64,000 nt of DNA, taken from assembly GCA_041652815.1 (NCBI GenBank), contig JBAZGN010000003.1, positions 1,530-65,529 on the forward strand, given 5' to 3'. Under the pieces are notes generated by a model. That model made no database searches. It saw only the letters and a program-made list of their open reading frames with translations, and was not told the origin of the DNA. The stretch's first letter is position 1, and each line of letters opens with the position of its first letter. The DNA comes from Candidatus Omnitrophota bacterium. Lineage in GTDB: Bacteria; Omnitrophota; Gorgyraeia; Duberdicusellales; 4484-171. The translations under genes and the position numbers were made by a program. Shown in pieces: positions 19,112 to 29,208 of the stretch.

Positions 19112-20104
19112 TTGGAATTTATGCATATCGATAAAAATAAACTTACTAAGGTAATTTCACGTTTTAAGAACAAGAATATTATGGTTGTGGGAGACCTTGT
19201 CCTTGACCATTATATTTTTGGAAAAGTTGAAAGAGTTTCTCCTGAAGCTCCGGTTCCGGTTGTCTGGGCAAACCGGGAGAATTTTGTTTGTGGAGGCGCA
19301 GCTAACGTAGGCTTGAATCTTGTTTCTTTGGGCGCAAACGTAAGCCTTTGCGGCTGCCTGGGGCGCGACCACTTCGGAAATGTTTTATCTTCGTTGATTA
19401 AGAAAGGGGGAATTGGCAGCGAGTTGATTGTTAATGATAAAAACAGGCCCACAACGCTTAAGACTCGTATCATCGCACAGCATCAGCAGATTGTCCGGCT
19501 TGACTGGGAATCAGTAGAATTCCTTTCTTATGAAACCAGCAAGATGCTGTACAGAAGAATATCGCAAAATATAGATAAGTTTGATGCGGTTATTATCGAA
19601 GATTATGGTAAAGGTGTAGTTAACCCTAACCTGGTAGGGGATTTGGTTGAGCTTTGCACGCGTAAGAAAAAAATCGTGACAGTTGACCCCAAAGAAGAAC
19701 ACATAGATTATTATACTAATGTAACCTCTCTTACTCCAAACCTGAAAGAAGCGCAGGCTGCAGCGAATATGAAAATACGCAGTAAAGAAGAAATTCCGCT
19801 TTTAGGAAAAACGATAATGCAGAAACTCAATCCCAAATCTTTGCTTATTACCTTAGGCGAAGACGGTATGATGCTTTTTGCGGACGCCTCGCATTATCAT
19901 ATACCGACAATGGCTGCGGAGGTATATGATGTAACCGGAGCAGGAGATACTGTGATTTCTGCGTTTACCCTGGCGCTTGCCGCGCATGCAAGTTTTTATG
20001 AAGCTGCTTTAATTTCTAATTTTGCTGCAGGTATCGTAGTGGAAAAACTAGGAGCGGCAACCACTGACAGAAAAGAATTATTACAAAGAATTAATGCAAA
20101 ATAA
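19112..20104 (+). CDS. hldE: D-glycero-beta-D-manno-heptose-7-phosphate kinase (HldE/RfaE domain I, PfkB family)
   Basis: IMVVGDLVLDHYIFGKVERVSPEAPVPVV plus C-terminal GAGDT. This is the kinase domain only. Confidence 0.8.
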   Translation: MEFMHIDKNKLTKVISRFKNKNIMVVGDLVLDHYIFGKVERVSPEAPVPVVWANRENFVCGGAANVGLNLVSLGANVSLCGCLGRDHFGNVLSSLIKKGGIGSELIVNDKNRPTTLKTRIIAQHQQIVRLDWESVEFLSYETSKMLYRRISQNIDKFDAVIIEDYGKGVVNPNLVGDLVELCTRKKKIVTVDPKEEHIDYYTNVTSLTPNLKEAQAAANMKIRSKEEIPLLGKTIMQKLNPKSLLITLGEDGMMLFADASHYHIPTMAAEVYDVTGAGDTVISAFTLALAAHASFYEAALISNFAAGIVVEKLGAATTDRKELLQRINAK

Positions 20105-20852
20105 TATAGACGTAATTGGGGTTATTCCTGCGCGTTATGAATCTACCAGGCTGTCGCATAAGTTATTACGGCAAGTTTTAGGCAAACCGCTAATTCAGTG
20201 GGTCTGGGAAAATGCATCTAAAGCAAGCCTTCTTGATGATTTGATAATTGCCTGTGATGATATAAAAGTAAAGGAAGCTGCTGAAAGTTTTGGTGCCAAG
20301 GCCGTTATGACTTCGACAAAACATCAATCAGGCACCGATAGGATAGCGGAAGCAGTAAGAGATATCGATGCAAAAATAGTCATAAATATCCAGGCAGACG
20401 AGCCTATTATGCATCAATCAACTATTGATAGCCTTGCCAGAGAAATGGTTAACAATCCAACTACACTTATGGCTACGGTTAGAAAAAAGATTGAGGCGAA
20501 TGAAGACGTAAATAATCCGAACGTAGTAAAGTTAATCTGCGATAAAAACGGCTTTGCAATTTATTTTTCGCGTTATCCGATACCATATTATAGAGATGGC
20601 GCAATTGAGAAAAAGCACTATAAGCATTTAGGCATTTATGCTTACACTAAGGATTTTCTTTATACTTTTAAAAATTTGCCTTCTTCATTTCTGGAAAACG
20701 CCGAGCGTCTTGAACAGTTGCGGGCAATTGAAGCTGGTTATAAGATAAAAGTAATTGAAACAAAATTTGAATCTATCGGAGTAGATACAGAGGAAGACTT
20801 GCAAAAAATAGAAACCGTTTTAAACGAAAGGAAGGCCAAGGATGCCAAATAA
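20094..20852 (+). CDS. kdsB: 3-deoxy-manno-octulosonate cytidylyltransferase KdsB
   Basis: [11 protein letters not shown]-terminus and overall KdsB similarity. Confidence 0.9.
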   Translation: MQNNIDVIGVIPARYESTRLSHKLLRQVLGKPLIQWVWENASKASLLDDLIIACDDIKVKEAAESFGAKAVMTSTKHQSGTDRIAEAVRDIDAKIVINIQADEPIMHQSTIDSLAREMVNNPTTLMATVRKKIEANEDVNNPNVVKLICDKNGFAIYFSRYPIPYYRDGAIEKKHYKHLGIYAYTKDFLYTFKNLPSSFLENAERLEQLRAIEAGYKIKVIETKFESIGVDTEEDLQKIETVLNERKAKDAK

Positions 20853-22395
20853 GGTAAATTTACCGGAGAAAACTATAATAGCGGAGCGATTAGGTTTTGA
20901 TAATGAAAAATATTTGAAAGAGCAAACTGCATCTATTCTTGAACGGGTAAAAAGGTTTAATAATAAGCTTTATCTTGAATTCGGAGGAAAGCTTTTATTT
21001 GATTACCACGCAGCAAGGGTCCTTCCTGGCTACGATCCAAATGTTAAGATACGCCTGCTGCAACAATTAAAAGATAAAGCTGAAATTATACTTTGCATTT
21101 ATGCCGGCGATATTGAGAGAAGAAAAATAAGGGCTGATTTCGGAATTACCTACGATGTAGATGCCCTTAAGCTTATAGATAACTTAAGAAGCCGCGACAT
21201 AGATGTTTTGGCGGTAGTAATAACCCGTTTCGAAGGCCAGCCGGCAGCAAAAATATTTAAAAACAAACTTGAGCGTAGGAATATAAAAGTATACACGCAC
21301 AGATTCACTAAAGGTTACCCTACAGATATCGATTTAATTGTAAGCGAAAAAGGTTATGGCGCGAATGAATACATTGAAACAAAAAAGCCGCTCATCGTAG
21401 TTACCGGCCCTGGCCCTGGTAGCGGGAAACTGGCAACCTGCCTTTCTCAGTTGTACCATGACCATCAAAAAGGCCTAAAATCAGGCTACGCTAAGTTTGA
21501 AACTTTTCCTATTTGGAACATACCGCTTAAACATCCGGTTAACGTCGCTTATGAGGCGGCGACGGCAGATATAAAAGATTTTAACCTGATTGACCCTTTC
21601 CATCTGGAAAGATATAAAGAAACAAGCGTAAACTACAATAGGGACGTTGAGATATTCCCGGTAGTTAAAAGAATTCTTACCAAAATAACCGGCAAAGAAT
21701 CAATTTATCAATCCCCAACAGATATGGGAGTTAATAAGGCTGGTTTTGGTATTATTAACGATACAGTCGTGCAAGAGGCAGCCAAACAAGAAATCGTAAG
21801 AAGGTATTTCCGGTATACCTGCGAATATATCATGGGCCTTGCGGATAAAGAGGCTGTGCAGAGGATAGAACTCCTCATGGAGGAATTTGCTCTTACTCCG
21901 GAGAATAGAAAGGTAGTTGAGCCGGCACGCAAGGCTGCCTTGGAGGCCCAGCAAAAGAATAAAGGCAACGAAAATATATTCTGCGGAGCGGCCATTGAGC
22001 TCTCAACCGGCAAAATAATTACCGGAAAAAATTCCGGGCTCATGCATTCTGCTTCAAGTGTTGTCTTAAACGCCATTAAAGATTTAGCCGAGATACCGGA
22101 TAAAATACATTTATTAGCTCCGAACATACTTGAATCCATACAAAACATGAAGAAGAACACTCTCAATGAAAAAACAGTTAATTTAGACCTTGAAGAAACT
22201 TTAATTGCCTTGTCCATAAGCGTTGCCGCGAATCCTGCGGCGCAAATTGCGATGGAAAAACTTACGGAATTACAAAATTGCGAGATACACCTTACGCACA
22301 TTCCAACTCCGGGCGATGAGGCAGGCCTGCGACGGCTGGGGTTAAATATAACTGCTGATCCGAATTTTTCCAGCAAAAATCTTTTTGTGGTGTAA
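20842..22395 (+). CDS. UPF0371/DUF1846 family protein (uncharacterized, P-loop-like GPGPGSGK)
   Basis: 517 aa. It is embedded between kdsB and kdsA and overlaps both neighbours. The family assignment is from memory of UPF0371 proteins. Confidence 0.55.
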   Translation: MPNKVNLPEKTIIAERLGFDNEKYLKEQTASILERVKRFNNKLYLEFGGKLLFDYHAARVLPGYDPNVKIRLLQQLKDKAEIILCIYAGDIERRKIRADFGITYDVDALKLIDNLRSRDIDVLAVVITRFEGQPAAKIFKNKLERRNIKVYTHRFTKGYPTDIDLIVSEKGYGANEYIETKKPLIVVTGPGPGSGKLATCLSQLYHDHQKGLKSGYAKFETFPIWNIPLKHPVNVAYEAATADIKDFNLIDPFHLERYKETSVNYNRDVEIFPVVKRILTKITGKESIYQSPTDMGVNKAGFGIINDTVVQEAAKQEIVRRYFRYTCEYIMGLADKEAVQRIELLMEEFALTPENRKVVEPARKAALEAQQKNKGNENIFCGAAIELSTGKIITGKNSGLMHSASSVVLNAIKDLAEIPDKIHLLAPNILESIQNMKKNTLNEKTVNLDLEETLIALSISVAANPAAQIAMEKLTELQNCEIHLTHIPTPGDEAGLRRLGLNITADPNFSSKNLFVV

Positions 22396-22397
22396 AG

Positions 22398-23195
22398 ATG
22401 ATTGAATACAAAAACAAATTTATTTTTATCGCCGGGCCTTGTGTGGTTGAAGACAGACGCAAAACCTACGATATTGCTGCCTACCTCAAAGATTTGACGG
22501 CTGACTACCCGTTAACATTCATCTTTAAAGCGAGCTTTGATAAGGCTAACCGGACTTCCTTAAAATCATTTAGAGGCCCAGGTTTGAGTTTAGGAATAAA
22601 AATACTTGAAGATATTAAAAAACGGCTGGATATCCCTATACTAAGCGATATCCATTGCCGGCACCAGATAAAATACGTAAAAGACATTTTGGACGTGATA
22701 CAAATACCTGCATATCTCTGCCGGCAGACAGATTTGATAATTGAAGCTGCAAAAACAAAGAAAATAATAAACATCAAAAAAGGGCAATTTCTTTCGCCGC
22801 ATGATGTTAAATATATAGTTGAAAAGGTGGAATCCTGTAAAAATAAAAATATATTTATTACCGAAAGAGGGGCTTGTTTTGGTTACAATAATCTTGTAGT
22901 TGATTTCCGTTCCTTTCCAATAATGAAAAAATTGGGCTATCCTGTAATTTTTGACGTAACTCATTCTTTACAAAAACCTTCTGCGGCAGGTGGAATTTCC
23001 GGCGGAGACAGCGAGTTTGTAGATTCGCTCAGCCTGGCAGCAGCAGCATGCCGCGTGGATGGCCTGTTTATGGAGGTTCATCCGGACCCTAAAAAAGCAT
23101 TGTCCGATAAACATACTTCATACGATATTCATAAACTGAATAATCTTATCTCCAAACTAGTTAAGGTAAGGAGGGTAATTAATGGACAGGTTTAA
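22398..23195 (+). CDS. kdsA: 2-dehydro-3-deoxyphosphooctonate aldolase KdsA
   Basis: FIFIAGPCVVE..KASFDKANRTS motifs of KDO8P synthase. Confidence 0.9.
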   Translation: MIEYKNKFIFIAGPCVVEDRRKTYDIAAYLKDLTADYPLTFIFKASFDKANRTSLKSFRGPGLSLGIKILEDIKKRLDIPILSDIHCRHQIKYVKDILDVIQIPAYLCRQTDLIIEAAKTKKIINIKKGQFLSPHDVKYIVEKVESCKNKNIFITERGACFGYNNLVVDFRSFPIMKKLGYPVIFDVTHSLQKPSAAGGISGGDSEFVDSLSLAAAACRVDGLFMEVHPDPKKALSDKHTSYDIHKLNNLISKLVKVRRVINGQV

Positions 23196-24162
23196 ACCTA
23201 AGGAAATAATCAGCTGGGCAAGAGAGGTGCTTTCCATAGAAGCAGAAGGTATTGCCAGCCTTGAGAGTAGTTTAGATGATAATTTTCTTAATGTCATACA
23301 GATACTTTCTACCTGCCGCGGTAAAATAGTTGTAACCGGTATGGGTAAGGCCGGAATAATCGGGCAAAAATTTTCGGCAACCCTTTCATCAACCGGAACA
23401 TCAAGCTTCTGGCTGCATGCCGCGGAAGCAGTGCATGGAGACTTAGGAAGAATTGAAGAAAAAGACGTAGTCGTTGTTTTATCTTACAGCGGCGAAACCG
23501 AAGAAATCAAAAATCTCATTCCTTTTATCCGCCAAATTGGCGCAAGGATAATCGCAATTACAGGAAACTTACGTTCGAGCCTGAATCGCTACGTTGATGG
23601 CGCTATAAATGTAAGAATCGACAAAGAAGCCTGTCCGCTTGGGCTTGCGCCTACAACTTCAACTACGGCGATGCTTGCGGCGTGCGATGCTATATCGGTT
23701 GTGCTTCAAAAAATAAAAGGTTTTAAAGAAAAAGATTTTGCATTTTTTCATCCCAGAGGTTCTTTGGGGAGAAAACTTCTTCTTACGGTAAAAGACATTA
23801 TGCGCAAAAAAAGGTTTAATCCCATAGTCAGGGAAGATACATTAGTCAAAGATGTACTTGTTAAAATAACCTCTGCCCACGCGGGAGCAGCTTCGGTTGT
23901 TGATTCTTCCGGCAGGCTGATTGGTATCTTTACCGACGGCGACCTTCGCCGGAACCTTGAGCGTTATTCAAATCTGTTGCGAAAAAAAGTAAAAGATGTA
24001 ATGACGAAAGGGCCTATAGTTGTTGAAGATGGCGATTTAGCTTCCCGTGCGCTAAAAATTCTTGAAACAAAAAAGATTGATGAAGTGCCGGTTGTAGATA
24101 AAAATTATCGCCCGGTTGGCATGTTGGACGTCCAGGATTTAATTGCCGCAGGAATACTATAA
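23182..24162 (+). CDS. kdsD: Arabinose-5-phosphate isomerase KdsD/GutQ (SIS + tandem CBS)
   Basis: SIS domain (VTGMGKAGIIG) followed by two CBS domains. Confidence 0.85.
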   Translation: MDRFKPKEIISWAREVLSIEAEGIASLESSLDDNFLNVIQILSTCRGKIVVTGMGKAGIIGQKFSATLSSTGTSSFWLHAAEAVHGDLGRIEEKDVVVVLSYSGETEEIKNLIPFIRQIGARIIAITGNLRSSLNRYVDGAINVRIDKEACPLGLAPTTSTTAMLAACDAISVVLQKIKGFKEKDFAFFHPRGSLGRKLLLTVKDIMRKKRFNPIVREDTLVKDVLVKITSAHAGAASVVDSSGRLIGIFTDGDLRRNLERYSNLLRKKVKDVMTKGPIVVEDGDLASRALKILETKKIDEVPVVDKNYRPVGMLDVQDLIAAGIL

Positions 24163-24257
24163 ACAGATAACAGAATACAGAGAACAGAAAAAATTATGTT
24201 TTATTTATCTTTTCTGATTTCGGGTCAGTATCTTCTGTAATCTGTACTCTAATAACT

Positions 24258-24797
24258 ATGAAAAAGAATCAACTCGCGAAATTATTCAAAAAAGTCAAAC
24301 TATTGATACTTGATGTCGACGGCGTATTAACCAAGGGAGAAATTATTTACGATGACAGGGGAAGGGAACTCAAAATCTTCAACGTTAAGGATGGGCTTGG
24401 AATTTTCCTCTTATGGAAAGCAGGAATTAAAACTATTTTCCTAACTGCCAAGAATTCTCCCGTCGTACACCGGCGTGCGCGCGATATGCATGTTGAAGAA
24501 GTTATAGGAGGAATTTTGCCTAAGGAAAGTGCGTTGCTAAAAATTTCTTCAAAATACAAAGTAAAACCAGAAAATATCTGCTTTATGGGTGATGACCTCG
24601 TAGATATCGGGCTTATGGAGCATGTAGGGGTTGCGGTTGCGGTTTGCGATGCAGAAGATGTGGTAAAAAATAAAGCTGTTTACATAACTTGTAAAAACGG
24701 CGGAGAAGGCGCGGTAAGAGAAGTAATTGATCTTATATTTAAATCCCAAAAGCTGGAAGATAAAATCTATAAATTCATAAAAAATCCTGAAAAATAG
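24258..24797 (+). CDS. kdsC: KDO-8-phosphate phosphatase KdsC (HAD)
   Basis: LLILDVDGVLT HAD motif I, a C-terminal GDDLVD motif, and the right size for KdsC. Confidence 0.8.
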   Translation: MKKNQLAKLFKKVKLLILDVDGVLTKGEIIYDDRGRELKIFNVKDGLGIFLLWKAGIKTIFLTAKNSPVVHRRARDMHVEEVIGGILPKESALLKISSKYKVKPENICFMGDDLVDIGLMEHVGVAVAVCDAEDVVKNKAVYITCKNGGEGAVREVIDLIFKSQKLEDKIYKFIKNPEK

Positions 24798-24807
24798 GGT
24801 TTAATAG

Positions 24808-24835
24808 TTGACTTTGAATTGTAATCTGGTATAGT
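24808..24835 (+). promoter_or_regulatory. Sigma70-like promoter (TTGACT-16-TATAGT) upstream of the lptA-like gene
   Basis: The hexamers are read directly from the sequence. Confidence 0.3.
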
Positions 24836-24870
24836 AAATGGTCTTCATGTTTTCTATGAGGAAATAAACA

Positions 24871-25527
24871 ATGCTAACGAAAATAATCTACATATTATTG
24901 GTTTGTTTATGTTTGTCTTTTTCTCTTTTTGCAGAAACTACCACACCCGCAAGCATAGAAGCCGGTTCAGAGCAAAAAATAAAGGATTTCTATCTTTCTA
25001 ATGTCAAAGAAGATGGTTCAAAGGATTGGGAAGTGAAAGGAACAGAAGCGGTATTGCATAATAATTACGTTGACATCAATAACATGGAAGCAAAATATTA
25101 TTCAGATAAAGATACAATTTTCGTAAAATCCGAAAAGGCAAAAGTAAACAAAGAAAATATGAATGCCGACTTACAGGATAACGTCGAGCTTAAAATACCC
25201 AATAAAGATGGTACCTTTGTTACTGTAACCTGCACGGGGCCACTTGAAATGAGATATAACGACGGTATAGCTATTTTTAACAACAATGTTGTTGTCGATA
25301 ATGCACAAGGGAAGCTTTTTTCCGACAAAGCCACGGTTTATTTTGATACAAAAGACAAAACCAAAATGAAAATAGTAGCTGAAGGGCATGTCAAAATAGT
25401 AAAGGATAATAATGTCGCTTTCGCGGATAAAGCTACATATATGGGCGAGAGTAAAAATGTTGTCCTGGAGGGTAGCCCCCGTTTGATTTATTTTTCCAAA
25501 AAAGATGAAACTACTGGAGATAAATAA
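24871..25527 (+). CDS. lptA: LptA/LptC (OstA-like) periplasmic LPS transport protein
   Basis: 218 aa with a signal peptide and OstA-like beta-jellyroll repeats. It is the only ORF between kdsC and lptB, so it may cover both LptC and LptA roles. Confidence 0.6.
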   Translation: MLTKIIYILLVCLCLSFSLFAETTTPASIEAGSEQKIKDFYLSNVKEDGSKDWEVKGTEAVLHNNYVDINNMEAKYYSDKDTIFVKSEKAKVNKENMNADLQDNVELKIPNKDGTFVTVTCTGPLEMRYNDGIAIFNNNVVVDNAQGKLFSDKATVYFDTKDKTKMKIVAEGHVKIVKDNNVAFADKATYMGESKNVVLEGSPRLIYFSKKDETTGDK

Positions 25528-26227
25528 CCTTTCTAAATCATACGGAACAAAAACCGTTGTGCGAGGAGTTTCGCTTTCGGTAAAACGAGGCGAAATCGTA
25601 GGGTTGCTTGGCCCAAATGGTGCCGGCAAAACTACCAGTTTCTATATGGTTGTTGGAATAATTGCGCCGGATGAAGGAAATATTCTTTTTGACAACCAGG
25701 ATATTACTAATCTACCTATACACATACGGGCGCGTTATGGTATGGGTTATCTATCACAGGAACCCTCAATTTTCAGGAAACTTACGGTTGAAGAAAACAT
25801 AATGGCAATTCTGGAAATGCTGCCGCTTAATAAAATAGAGCGCATTAAAAGGCTTGAAGAATTGTTACGTGAATTAAACATTTCGCATCTGCGTAAAAAT
25901 AAAGCTTACACTCTAAGCGGTGGTGAAATGCGGCGCTTGGAAATTACAAGAGCATTGGTAACTAATCCTTCATTTCTGCTTTTGGATGAGCCTTTCTCGG
26001 GAATAGACCCTATAGTTGTAGGTGAAGCAAAAGAAATAATCGTTGAGCTTAAACGAAAAGGCATAGGTATACTGCTCACAGACCACAATGTAAGAGAAAC
26101 TCTTTCCATAACCGACAGGGCTTATCTTATAGCCGAAGGAAGAATACTTATTTCCGGCACATCCAATGATCTGATAAGCGATCCAAAATCAAGAGAAATT
26201 TATTTAGGCAAAGATTTTAGCATGTAG
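25505..26227 (+). CDS. lptB: LPS export ABC transporter ATPase LptB
   Basis: Walker A GPNGAGKTT, ABC signature LSGGEMRR and Walker B LLLDEP. The N-terminus is LptB-like. Confidence 0.85.
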   Translation: MKLLEINNLSKSYGTKTVVRGVSLSVKRGEIVGLLGPNGAGKTTSFYMVVGIIAPDEGNILFDNQDITNLPIHIRARYGMGYLSQEPSIFRKLTVEENIMAILEMLPLNKIERIKRLEELLRELNISHLRKNKAYTLSGGEMRRLEITRALVTNPSFLLLDEPFSGIDPIVVGEAKEIIVELKRKGIGILLTDHNVRETLSITDRAYLIAEGRILISGTSNDLISDPKSREIYLGKDFSM

Positions 26228-26240
26228 CAACGGGGGTATA

Positions 26241-27128
26241 ATGAAAGTAGAAGTCAAAAAAATCGATAAGATAAAAAGAATAATCAAAGCAGAATTAAGC
26301 GGGGAAGATTTTATAAACGAAAGAAAAGAAGCCTACAAAGAAATAGGAAAAAATATTAAAATGGCAGGTTTTCGGCCGGGCACTGCCCCTCTGGATCTCT
26401 TAGAAAAACACCATTTAAAGACATTAAAGGAAGAATTCTTACGAAAGATGCTCCCGGTTTATTATGAAAAAGCGTTGAACGAGGTTAATTTGCATCCTGC
26501 AGGGCTTCCGCGTATTTATGATGTTGAGCTTTCTGAAACAACTCTTGCGTTTTCGGCAGAATTCGATATAAAACCTGAAATTGAATTAAAAGACGGCGAT
26601 TATCAAGGCATAAAGATAAAAGAAAAGAAAATCGAGGTAAAGGAAGAAGAAATAGAAAAAGTAATTACTAATCTTAAGGAAGGGATTAAAAAAACTTTGA
26701 AAAAAGATTTAGCTGATAATGAATTGTGCAGATGGGCCGGGTATGCAGATATGGCTGGTTTTAAGGATGCAGTCAGAGTTGAGATATCCGTAGAAAAACT
26801 TCGCGAGCGGCGAAAAAGAATAGATAGCCAAATCAGCCAACATCTTCTAAAAAATATTAATGTTACTCTTCCGCAAAATGAGGTAGAGCATTATCACAAG
26901 GAACTGGTCAACCGGGAAATACACAATTTGAGGCTTCGCAATGTCCCCGATAGTGATATAGAAAAGTATAAAAAAGAGATAGAAGAGAAATTAAAACCTC
27001 TTGCGCAGGATGAAATAAAGTTATACTACATCCTTGAGGCAATCGCCAAAAAGGAAGGCCTTACAATAGAAAATAATTTAGGAGAGGTTGTGCTTGGGTT
27101 TTTGCTAAGTATAGCAAAATACGATTAA
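26241..27128 (+). CDS. tig: Trigger factor lacking the FKBP PPIase domain
   Basis: The N-terminal ribosome-binding domain carries the GFRPGTAP signature and is joined directly to the C-terminal arm domain. The protein is 295 aa against ~430 for canonical Tig. Confidence 0.65.
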   Translation: MKVEVKKIDKIKRIIKAELSGEDFINERKEAYKEIGKNIKMAGFRPGTAPLDLLEKHHLKTLKEEFLRKMLPVYYEKALNEVNLHPAGLPRIYDVELSETTLAFSAEFDIKPEIELKDGDYQGIKIKEKKIEVKEEEIEKVITNLKEGIKKTLKKDLADNELCRWAGYADMAGFKDAVRVEISVEKLRERRKRIDSQISQHLLKNINVTLPQNEVEHYHKELVNREIHNLRLRNVPDSDIEKYKKEIEEKLKPLAQDEIKLYYILEAIAKKEGLTIENNLGEVVLGFLLSIAKYD

Positions 27129-27272
27129 CGCGAATATTCTCAAATTTAAACCTTTATGGTTTCATTAAAGTTTAAACGCGAATATACGCGAATGGAAAAC
27201 AGGGCAAATAAGATTATTCGCGGCCATTCGCGTTAGATTAGCGTTTATTCGTGTTCTAAAAAAGGAGTTACC

Positions 27273-27878
27273 ATGAAAAATCAGATGTATGTTCCGATGG
27301 TAATTGAACAATCAGGAAGAATGGAAAGGGCATACGATATCTACTCGCGGCTTCTTAAAGATAGGATAGTTTTTGTAGGAACCCCCATTGATGATGCTAT
27401 AGCAAATGTTATCATAGCACAAATGTTATTTTTACAGATGGAAGATGTAAGCAAAGACATAAATTTGTACATAAATACTCCCGGCGGAGTTATTACATCC
27501 GGCCTCGCTATCTATGACACAATGCAATTTGTAAAATGTGAAGTAGCAACTTATTGTATCGGCCAGGCTTCTTCAATGGGTGCGCTTTTACTTTGTGCAG
27601 GTACAAAAGGAAAAAGATTTACTCTTCCTAACTCACGGATTATGATTCACCAACCATGGGGTGGAGTCCAGGGCAGCGCCGAAGATATTTCCCGTCAGAC
27701 CAAAGAAATTCTTCGCTTAAGGGAAAAGGTAAATGAAATTTTATCTGCTCATACGGGTAAAACTCTTGAGAAGGTAAGAGAGGATACTGATAGAGATTAT
27801 TTTATGAGCGCAGCCGAAGCAAAAGAATACGGCATTGTTGATGAAGTAATTGTTTCAACAAAACAAGGGAATAAATAA
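27273..27878 (+). CDS. clpP: ATP-dependent Clp protease proteolytic subunit ClpP
   Basis: Catalytic triad context ([14 protein letters not shown]) and high similarity to ClpP. Confidence 0.9.
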   Translation: MKNQMYVPMVIEQSGRMERAYDIYSRLLKDRIVFVGTPIDDAIANVIIAQMLFLQMEDVSKDINLYINTPGGVITSGLAIYDTMQFVKCEVATYCIGQASSMGALLLCAGTKGKRFTLPNSRIMIHQPWGGVQGSAEDISRQTKEILRLREKVNEILSAHTGKTLEKVREDTDRDYFMSAAEAKEYGIVDEVIVSTKQGNK

Positions 27879-28071
27879 ACTAAGCCGCAAATTTTAGGTA
27901 AAAAGCCTAAAAAATGGATATGTCTGGAAAAATAAGGTGTTTATTGGACGATACTTCGGACGCTCTTATGCATCGCGTCCTCAGTATCAATTCACACTAT
28001 CATTTTTTCTGCGCCCTGCCACCGAAGGTAGCGAGGCTTGAAAAAATGATGTGTTCATTGAAGGAGGAACA

Positions 28072-29208
28072 ATGAAGCGTAGATATTTGATGACTCCGGG
28101 CCCTTCTCCTGTACCATCGGTAGTCCGTGAAGCTTTGGCTTGTGAGATAATGCACCACAGGACTGATGAATTTATTGAAATACTTAAAGAAATAAATGAA
28201 GGCCTAAAATATGTTTTTTGTACAAAAAATCCTGTCTTAACATTTGCCTCTTCCGGCACCGGAGCGATGGAGGCAGCAGTAACCAATCTTTTTTCGGTAA
28301 AAGATAAAGTCCTTGTGATTGTCGGAGGAAAATTCGGAGAACGTTGGGTTGAGATAGCGAAAAGTTACGGCCTGGACATAGTTCAGATGAATGTTGAATT
28401 AGGCAACAGTCCAACGGCTGCAGAAGTAAAGAAAATATTGGATGAAAATAAAGACATTAAGGGCGTATTTACAACTCTAAGCGAAACATCAACTGCAACA
28501 GTTTTCGATATTAAAGGAATAGGTTCCTTAACTAAAGATAAAAATATTTTACTTATAGTGGACGCCATAAGCGGATTAGGGCAAGATGCTCTTTTAACCG
28601 ATGAATGGGGCATTGACGTTGTTGTGAGCGGTTCCCAGAAAGGCTTTATGCTTCCCCCGGGGCTTTCTTTCATGAGCGTTAGCGAAAAGGCGAAAAGTTT
28701 TATGAAGAATTCAACCCTTCCTAAATATTACTTTAGCTTAGCCAAAGCTTTAAAGTCATACGAGAAGAACGATACGCCCTTTACGCCGGCAGTATCCTTA
28801 ATTGTAGGCTTAAAGACAAGTATAAACCTGATTAAAAACGATGGCATTGAAAATATGTGGGCAAATTTTAAAAAAATGTCACAAGCTGCACAACAGGCAG
28901 CTTTAGCGCTAGGCCTTAAGGTTTTTTCAAAATGCCCTTCGTCATCGCTTACCGCGATAGTTTCTCCGGCAGGCATAAATGCTAAAGATATCGTCAAGAA
29001 AATGCGTAAAGAGTATGGGGTAAGCATTGCCGCTGGCCAGGGCGAACTTGAACAGAAAATTTTTAGAATTGCACATATGGGCTGGATAAATGAGCAAGAC
29101 CTTATAATGTGTTTTTCCTTGCTTGAAAAAGTGCTTCGCGATTGTGGTTATACTAACTTTAAAATAGGTGCTTCGGTTGCAAGGCTTCAGGAGGTTATTT
29201 ATGGTTAA
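28072..29208 (+). CDS. serC: Class V aminotransferase, probable phosphoserine aminotransferase
   Basis: PLP fold class V with an SGSQKGFM lysine motif. It is adjacent to serA and translationally coupled to it. The start was trimmed to MKRRYLMTPGP behind a GAAGGAGG RBS. Confidence 0.7.
   Translation: MKRRYLMTPGPSPVPSVVREALACEIMHHRTDEFIEILKEINEGLKYVFCTKNPVLTFASSGTGAMEAAVTNLFSVKDKVLVIVGGKFGERWVEIAKSYGLDIVQMNVELGNSPTAAEVKKILDENKDIKGVFTTLSETSTATVFDIKGIGSLTKDKNILLIVDAISGLGQDALLTDEWGIDVVVSGSQKGFMLPPGLSFMSVSEKAKSFMKNSTLPKYYFSLAKALKSYEKNDTPFTPAVSLIVGLKTSINLIKNDGIENMWANFKKMSQAAQQAALALGLKVFSKCPSSSLTAIVSPAGINAKDIVKKMRKEYGVSIAAGQGELEQKIFRIAHMGWINEQDLIMCFSLLEKVLRDCGYTNFKIGASVARLQEVIYG

Noticed and set aside
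27879-28071. T-box leader or CtsR/CIRCE operator upstream of serC and clpP
   Set aside because: There is no T-box consensus (AATTAGGGTGGNACCGCG) and no specifier-loop architecture. The clpP upstream repeats do not match the CtsR (GGTCAAA-N-GGTCAAA) or CIRCE inverted-repeat consensus.
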